Shown one piece after another: positions 33,853-35,610 of a stretch of 35,610 bases of DNA. Source of the DNA: an uncultured bacterium (lineage in GTDB: Bacteria > DAOPZR01); assembly GCA_964637655.1 (NCBI GenBank), contig CAZWUZ010000007.1:1-35610 (forward strand), read 5' to 3'. A program made the position numbers and the translations under genes. Each line of letters opens with the position of its first letter. Position 1 is the first letter of the stretch. The notes beneath the pieces are model-generated. The model was given only the letters and a program-made list of their open reading frames with translations. It searched no databases and had not been told where the DNA came from.

Positions 33853-35609
33853 GACGCTACCTCCTCCGGCAGTGTCGGATCCACCCCGACTACGTATCCG
33901 CTCAAATCCGGCACAGGTGCAGCACTATCCTCGCCGGCACCCGATTCGCGCAGTTTGATGTCCGCCACGTTGTCCTTATCACGTTCTCGCTCAACGTTCC
34001 GCCCCAGCTCCACCACCGTCTCGCCGAACGCATCTGCCATCAGCCCCGGCAGCCGAACCCGCTTCCCCCCGCGTCCATCATCGCGCAGGGTAGCCGTAGA
34101 GATAACCGTCACGCGCCCGAGGTCAACCAGGTCACGAAACCGTCCGTACTCCACTCGCCGACGCTCGATAAATGGCTGGGCCGCATGATACATTGCCCCA
34201 CCCGGACGTGACAGATTATCCGACAATGCATCAGCATCGTCTAGCACGACAACCGCGCTTTCCATCCTTACCTTGTCATACGAGCAACGCTCGGCGAGTT
34301 CAGCGACGAGATTCCGTCCGCGCGCGAGCTCGTGCCGTCCACACACAACTAGTGCCGCGACGCCTTCGGCCGCGCAGCGCTCCGCGATCGATTCCGCCAC
34401 CCGCGACTTGCCGCTCCCAGGCGTGCCCGCAAGCAGGATGCGGTTACCAATGATGTCTCCGTCGTGGTCAAGAGCCTCGGCGAGCGCCGCGTCACGCCGG
34501 CGCGCCAGGTCCGACGCCTGCTCGACGCGGATTTGCGCGGCGTGGCCCCAGTCAGCGAAGCACGGCGGGAGCTCGATTAGCTGCACATCAGTATCTCTGT
34601 CGCGGTAGAGTAATGCCTCGAACGGACGCAGCTTGCGCAGGCAGCCCACGTCAGTCAGGCCTTTTCCGCCGAACAGCTTGCCGAGGTCGTCAGTGATGTC
34701 CTGCCTGAGCATAATCTGGTTCTGCATGTTCTGGATCAGGTTATTCACGGCCGCCTTACCCCGGTCACCAGCCGCGGCATACAGTGCACCGAGTTCCTGC
34801 GTGGCGCATACCATCCCTGCCCGCGCCTGGCGGCACATCGCTGCGAATTGGTCATCGCTTCCCGACTTAGCACCCACTGTGAGGAAGTTCTGGTATTCAT
34901 CGCATATGAAAAACACCGGACGTGTCTGCTCAAGCGTCTCGTCAGTGATACGTCGCATGACCGACGAATAGAATCTCGCCTTGAGCATCAAGCCGACGAA
35001 CCTTGCCATTTCGCCATGCGCGGACTGTGGCATGTGCAACACGACAATCATTCCGTCATTGATAATGTCCTCTATCTCAGCAGCCTTCTCATGCCGTCTA
35101 GGATCGAATGTCCTGCACATATCATACCCAGAGAAGTCATGCAGGAACCGATTGATTTCGGCTTCGATCGAAGCTTTGACGCGGCCATCTTGGTCGTTGT
35201 GTCTCACAAAGTACTTGCGCAAGTAATCGACCGTGTATCGTTCCTCGCTTGTTTTCGCTGCGCGCGGATTGTCGAGCACCGTCGCGACCATGCGCCGAAC
35301 TTCGGCATCCTGCCCAAGCAGATGCAGCAGATCACCGACACCGACTGGACGCGTCATATCATTAGCGTGCGTCCTCAACAGCAACACATAGTTTTTGACC
35401 AGTTCTTCCGCGCTCTGCAGCCAAAACGCTTCTCTCGGGTCCATGCCACCGGCGATCGTGACCGCTGCAGTTACGATCGTCGACGCAATGGCCGCCGCCG
35501 GCATCGATCCTGGGAACATCCTAATCTTGTGGTCGCCATGCGGGTCCAACACAACGACATCCTCCTCTCTCCCGCAAGCGCGCGCCCATTGCACAATGTA
35601 CGGAGTCAG
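33849..35609 (-). CDS. VirD4/TraD-like coupling protein C-terminal part fused to a second P-loop (AAA-like) domain, 5'-truncated by window edge
   Basis: EAFWLQSA, FFICDEYQNF, RQARAGMVCATQ, LIQNMQNQI; then ILLAGTPGSGKS and VVVLDDAD. Frame is open to the window end. Confidence 0.75.
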   Translation of the reverse strand: MTPYIVQWARACGREEDVVVLDPHGDHKIRMFPGSMPAAAIASTIVTAAVTIAGGMDPREAFWLQSAEELVKNYVLLLRTHANDMTRPVGVGDLLHLLGQDAEVRRMVATVLDNPRAAKTSEERYTVDYLRKYFVRHNDQDGRVKASIEAEINRFLHDFSGYDMCRTFDPRRHEKAAEIEDIINDGMIVVLHMPQSAHGEMARFVGLMLKARFYSSVMRRITDETLEQTRPVFFICDEYQNFLTVGAKSGSDDQFAAMCRQARAGMVCATQELGALYAAAGDRGKAAVNNLIQNMQNQIMLRQDITDDLGKLFGGKGLTDVGCLRKLRPFEALLYRDRDTDVQLIELPPCFADWGHAAQIRVEQASDLARRRDAALAEALDHDGDIIGNRILLAGTPGSGKSRVAESIAERCAAEGVAALVVCGRHELARGRNLVAELAERCSYDKVRMESAVVVLDDADALSDNLSRPGGAMYHAAQPFIERRRVEYGRFRDLVDLGRVTVISTATLRDDGRGGKRVRLPGLMADAFGETVVELGRNVERERDKDNVADIKLRESGAGEDSAAPVPDLSGYVVGVDPTLPEEVAS

Positions 35610-35610
35610 G

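Larger units (their letters stand above)
18372..35610. mobile_element. Integrative (ICE/IME-like) genomic island, right end outside the window
   Basis: Abrupt GC drop at the tRNA fragment, adjacent tyrosine integrase and excisionase-like gene, VirD4/TraD-like gene at the right edge, heterogeneous cargo. Confidence 0.85.

Noticed and set aside
33864-33871. CTCCGGCA as the missing tRNA 3' end or right att site
   Set aside because: No preceding T arm; it lies in coding sequence and corresponds to the minus-strand RBS region of the acidic ORF.
18372-35610. Prophage interpretation, with ClpP as a head maturation protease
   Set aside because: No terminase, portal, capsid or tail genes are visible, and the ClpP neighbour is a coupling-protein-like ATPase.
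18372-35610. Retron, group II intron or DGR as a local substrate for the Dbr1-like enzyme
   Set aside because: No reverse transcriptase ORF or template/variable repeat pair was seen in the window.

Overview
The window has two parts. (1) 1-~18370 is high-GC bacterial chromosome: the 3' part of a CpaF/TadA ATPase, a minus-strand housekeeping run (CorA-like, pckG, site-2 protease, scpA, scpB, rluB-like, pheA, tyrA, aroA, cmk, plsC), a short degenerate flagellin-like gene, a DUF2723 glycosyltransferase, a lipoprotein and an AF2212-type antitoxin. The intergenic gaps carry at least three families of REP-like repeats. (2) From ~18372 to the right edge is a visibly lower-GC integrative element that begins in the middle of a tRNA-Leu(CAA) gene, of which only the 5' part remains behind the host promoter. 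The element encodes a tyrosine integrase and an excisionase-like protein; a three-phosphoesterase cassette (MPPED-like MPE, a bacterial homologue of the RNA lariat debranching enzyme Dbr1, and a divergent XRE-HTH/HD-GYP fusion); an AT-rich PBECR4-like RNase gene followed by a separately promoted ~78-nt RNA that can form an H-type pseudoknot (type III TA-like); membrane and secreted proteins, one with thioester-domain-like and pre-toxin-TG-like motifs; DUF3870; and a coupled VirD4/TraD-AAA fusion - acidic ORF - ClpP operon. The best leads are the Dbr1-like cassette, the RNase-pseudoknot RNA pair and the 5'-fragment tRNA junction. Family calls come from motif recognition by eye; no database searches were run.
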